DNA of 64,000 nt, taken from Promethearchaeota archaeon. GTDB taxonomy: Archaea > Asgardarchaeota > Lokiarchaeia > Sigyniarchaeales > SOKP01. The position numbers and the translations under genes were made by a program. How positions within the stretch are numbered: the stretch's first letter is position 1; each line of letters starts with the position of its first letter. Location: positions 32,001-96,000 of the forward strand of contig JBHLMP010000002.1 of the NCBI GenBank assembly GCA_048938025.1. Reading direction: 5' to 3'. The notes beneath the pieces were generated by a model. That model was not told where the DNA came from. It saw nothing but the letters and a program-made list of their open reading frames with translations, and made no database searches. Shown here piece by piece: positions 61,589 to 64,000 of the stretch.

Positions 61589-61812
61589 AGGTCTTTAAAT
61601 CCAAATTTAAATTTCTCAGGATGTAAATAATAATAATCAAGAGACTTTTCCCATCTTTTTAGTGCTCTCCTCTTATCTATTATATCTAAATCATCTGGGA
61701 TTGTATAGATTTGACTAAGCTGATTTATCAAATCTCTCTTAATCTCATCGTTCTTAGTTTCAGATAAGATTTCTTCAAATTCATATGATATTTGTTTTTT
61801 AACTTCTGTCAA
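61585..61812 (-). CDS. Small hypothetical protein
   Basis: GAGGTA SD before a TTG start. Translationally coupled to the next gene. Confidence 0.6.
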   Translation of the reverse strand: MTEVKKQISYEFEEILSETKNDEIKRDLINQLSQIYTIPDDLDIIDKRRALKRWEKSLDYYYLHPEKFKFGFKDL

Positions 61813-61889
61813 ATTTAATTACCTCTTTTTTATTTCAATTTTTTGATATATTTATAACTATAAATTTTTCTATTTCGTAATTTTAATGT

Positions 61890-61934
61890 GGAGAGCTCAA
61901 ATTGTTATTCAGAATATGAACAATTGAGCTCTCC
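61890..61934. repeat. Inverted repeat / 16-bp hairpin with one bulge
   Basis: GGAGAGCTCAA(A)TTGTT ... AACAATTGAGCTCTCC. Confidence 0.75.
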
Positions 61935-62093
61935 TTTAACCACGCCCTCTATTCTCTCTCTGAATTACCTTTCTATATAGTTGACAAATAAATTTTACAA
62001 GTTCAGTATGATTTGTATCAGTGTTTTTTTATTTTTCCGTTTATTTATTAATATTTATTAGATCAGAGTTCAATATATAGTTTTACTCCAGAA

Positions 62094-62107
62094 ACTCCAA
62101 TTGGAGT
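62094..62107. promoter_or_regulatory. Perfect 14-bp palindrome, candidate operator
   Basis: ACTCCAATTGGAGT in the divergent intergenic region upstream of the wHTH-TPR gene. Confidence 0.45.
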
Positions 62108-62208
62108 CTCGGAAAAGTTTCCAGACAGAAACATTTTTATAGATTTTTATACTATTTCTAATTGAGAACCTGTAATTATTATGAAAAATGTAATACTGGA
62201 AGATTACC

Positions 62209-64000
62209 TTGGAAAATACAATCAATTATCCCCCGAATGAACTTTTGGAACCTCTTTCCAAGTTGAGTAAGCCTAATTTTGAATTAGTAATTCTTTGGAT
62301 GTTAAATAACAATGAGTCATGTACAAGTTCAGATTTTCTCACAATTGAAAATTCTGAATCTGATACAATATTTTCAAAATCAACATTATATAATTATTTT
62401 AAAACTCTTATTGAAGAAGCTTATGTTAATAAAAGTGCTTATAATAAATACGAGATCACTCCTAAAGGCAAAGATAGATTTTATGAATTATCTCAAACGA
62501 AGTTTGCAAGAAGAAAATTAAGTTATCCTCCTAAAGCAATCACAAATAAGAGGAACTATGACCATTGGATTCTCTGGATGGTATATAATAATAATTTTTG
62601 CAAATGGGCTGATTTCCTTGCTGAACCTCTCTCTATTAACCAATCTTCATTATCAAAAAATATGAATTCATTAATGGATGATGGATTTTTAGAAAAGGAA
62701 AACAAGAAATATAGGATTACACAATTAGGTAAATCAGCATATTCTGATATGTTAAGAGAGTATGATTTAGATAGACAGTCAATTTTAGAGGCAGAAAGTA
62801 AACGGATTAGGGAGATAACTAAAAAGACCAAAAATTTCTTCGAGAAATTCAAAATTAAGGATAATAATATTAAGTTCCGATATCTCAATAATATTTTAAA
62901 ATTACCTTATGAAAATGAAAAGATTAAATCTACTTTAGATGTGGAAGAAGATTTTAACAAAGTTTTACTCTTTCTCTCATTAAACCATCCGAATGAGTTT
63001 CCTCATTATATTTCTCCTCAGGATTTTTCTAAGAAATATGATATTAGTCTTATCAAACTTAATTTCACCATACTACGAATTGTTGAAGAAGATATTTATC
63101 CTGTAAAGTTTTTTAAATTGGAGGTAGAGGATGATAAAAATTATTATTTTCAAGTAAATGAGAAATTAGAAAGAATGCTTAATGCTATTGTTGAGGAACA
63201 TATTGCTAAGCTCACATATTTATATAATTTATATGAAGAGTATCCAGATGAAACTCCTCCATTAACATTGGAATTTACAGTTGAGGCCATTTTAGATGAG
63301 ATCTGTGATAATTTATTTTCCAATGGTTTAAGAAATGCTCTTAGGAAGTTTTTACCGGATTATATCCATTACTTAGCATATAAAATTGAGAAAGAGAAAA
63401 AATTAATAGATAGCTATGATAAATTAGAAGGATTAATTTGGCAAGAGATCCAAGCATACAATTTTAATAATCAACAAGTAAACTTTAATGAGCAAAATGC
63501 AACCAATTTTAACGAGGCTCTTAAAGAGATTGATAAAGTTATTAACTTAAATCCCCATAACATTGATCTATATTATTCGAAGAGCAAAATCCTAATTAAT
63601 ATGAATCGATACAGAGAAGTATTAGCCTTATTAGATAAAATGCTTATAGATTTTCCTCAAGAAGAAAAGAATATCCAAATCAAAAGGGCCTATATTCTTA
63701 AAGAAATGAGAAATGCTGAAGCAGGTTTGGAAATTATTGATAATATGATTAAAAAATATCCAGAAGATAATGATCTTCTTAATTATAAAGCTTGCTGGTT
63801 ACAATATCTAAATAAAAAAGAAGAATCTTTAGAGGTTATTAAAAATCTCATAAAGCGTGTGCCTGATAATGCTACTTATCATGATACTTATGGCGAAATT
63901 CTAATGTTCTTTAATGAACATGAGCATGCGATAGAAGAATTCCTGAAAACCATAGAGATAGGAGATAAAAATTGGTATGTTTATCAAACTTACATTAAAT
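62209..64000 (+). CDS. Tandem winged-HTH plus TPR protein, 3'-truncated by window edge
   Basis: Open frame from TTG 62209 to the window end: LENTINYPP...STLYNYFKTL...YEITPKG, a second ...SSLSKNMNSL...YRITQLG wHTH, then TPRs (PDNATYHDTYGEIL). Not in the ORF track because it has no stop. Confidence 0.8.
   Translation, partial: MENTINYPPNELLEPLSKLSKPNFELVILWMLNNNESCTSSDFLTIENSESDTIFSKSTLYNYFKTLIEEAYVNKSAYNKYEITPKGKDRFYELSQTKFARRKLSYPPKAITNKRNYDHWILWMVYNNNFCKWADFLAEPLSINQSSLSKNMNSLMDDGFLEKENKKYRITQLGKSAYSDMLREYDLDRQSILEAESKRIREITKKTKNFFEKFKIKDNNIKFRYLNNILKLPYENEKIKSTLDVEEDFNKVLLFLSLNHPNEFPHYISPQDFSKKYDISLIKLNFTILRIVEEDIYPVKFFKLEVEDDKNYYFQVNEKLERMLNAIVEEHIAKLTYLYNLYEEYPDETPPLTLEFTVEAILDEICDNLFSNGLRNALRKFLPDYIHYLAYKIEKEKKLIDSYDKLEGLIWQEIQAYNFNNQQVNFNEQNATNFNEALKEIDKVINLNPHNIDLYYSKSKILINMNRYREVLALLDKMLIDFPQEEKNIQIKRAYILKEMRNAEAGLEIIDNMIKKYPEDNDLLNYKACWLQYLNKKEESLEVIKNLIKRVPDNATYHDTYGEILMFFNEHEHAIEEFLKTIEIGDKNWYVYQTYIK

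Noticed and set aside
550-62888. Short ORF-track entries antisense to or overlapping clear genes (e.g. 550-798, 11733-12191, 26569-27006, 37233-37646, 40713-41072, 62312-62521, 62556-62888)
   Set aside because: These are shadow frames of well-supported CDS and carry no motifs.
1-64000. CRISPR arrays, tRNA/rRNA genes, transposases, integrases
   Set aside because: No spaced direct repeats, GC-rich structural RNA blocks or mobile-element ORFs were seen by eye. A tRNAscan/Infernal run would be needed to exclude them formally.

Overview
AT-rich archaeal window. Two Rab-like small GTPases, HEAT/LRR/TPR proteins, a Loki-CTERM-like sorting signal, GGTGA-type Shine-Dalgarno (SD) motifs and an expanded fatty-acid/acyl-CoA toolkit point to an Asgard archaeon (Lokiarchaeia-like; inference). 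About 55 CDS are present: lipid catabolism, pyrG, GMP synthase B, glycoside hydrolases, peptidases, two 2-oxoacid:ferredoxin oxidoreductase operons and an HdrA-MvhD fusion. No rRNA, tRNA, CRISPR array or transposase was recognised. The standout is the por operon (39553-42905, minus strand). (1) The porC(gamma)-delta gene is split inside its conserved RGGQG motif by a 29-nt frame-breaking insert (42804-42832). Its ends fold as a relaxed bulge-helix-bulge splice motif, and exact removal restores HARGGQGGVT, so it is a candidate tRNA-endonuclease-type mRNA intron. (2) porB is circularly permuted, with the TPP-binding GDG...N motif split between the C- and N-termini. Two conserved genes also appear to need ATT start codons. 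All product calls come from motif recognition by eye; no database searches were run.
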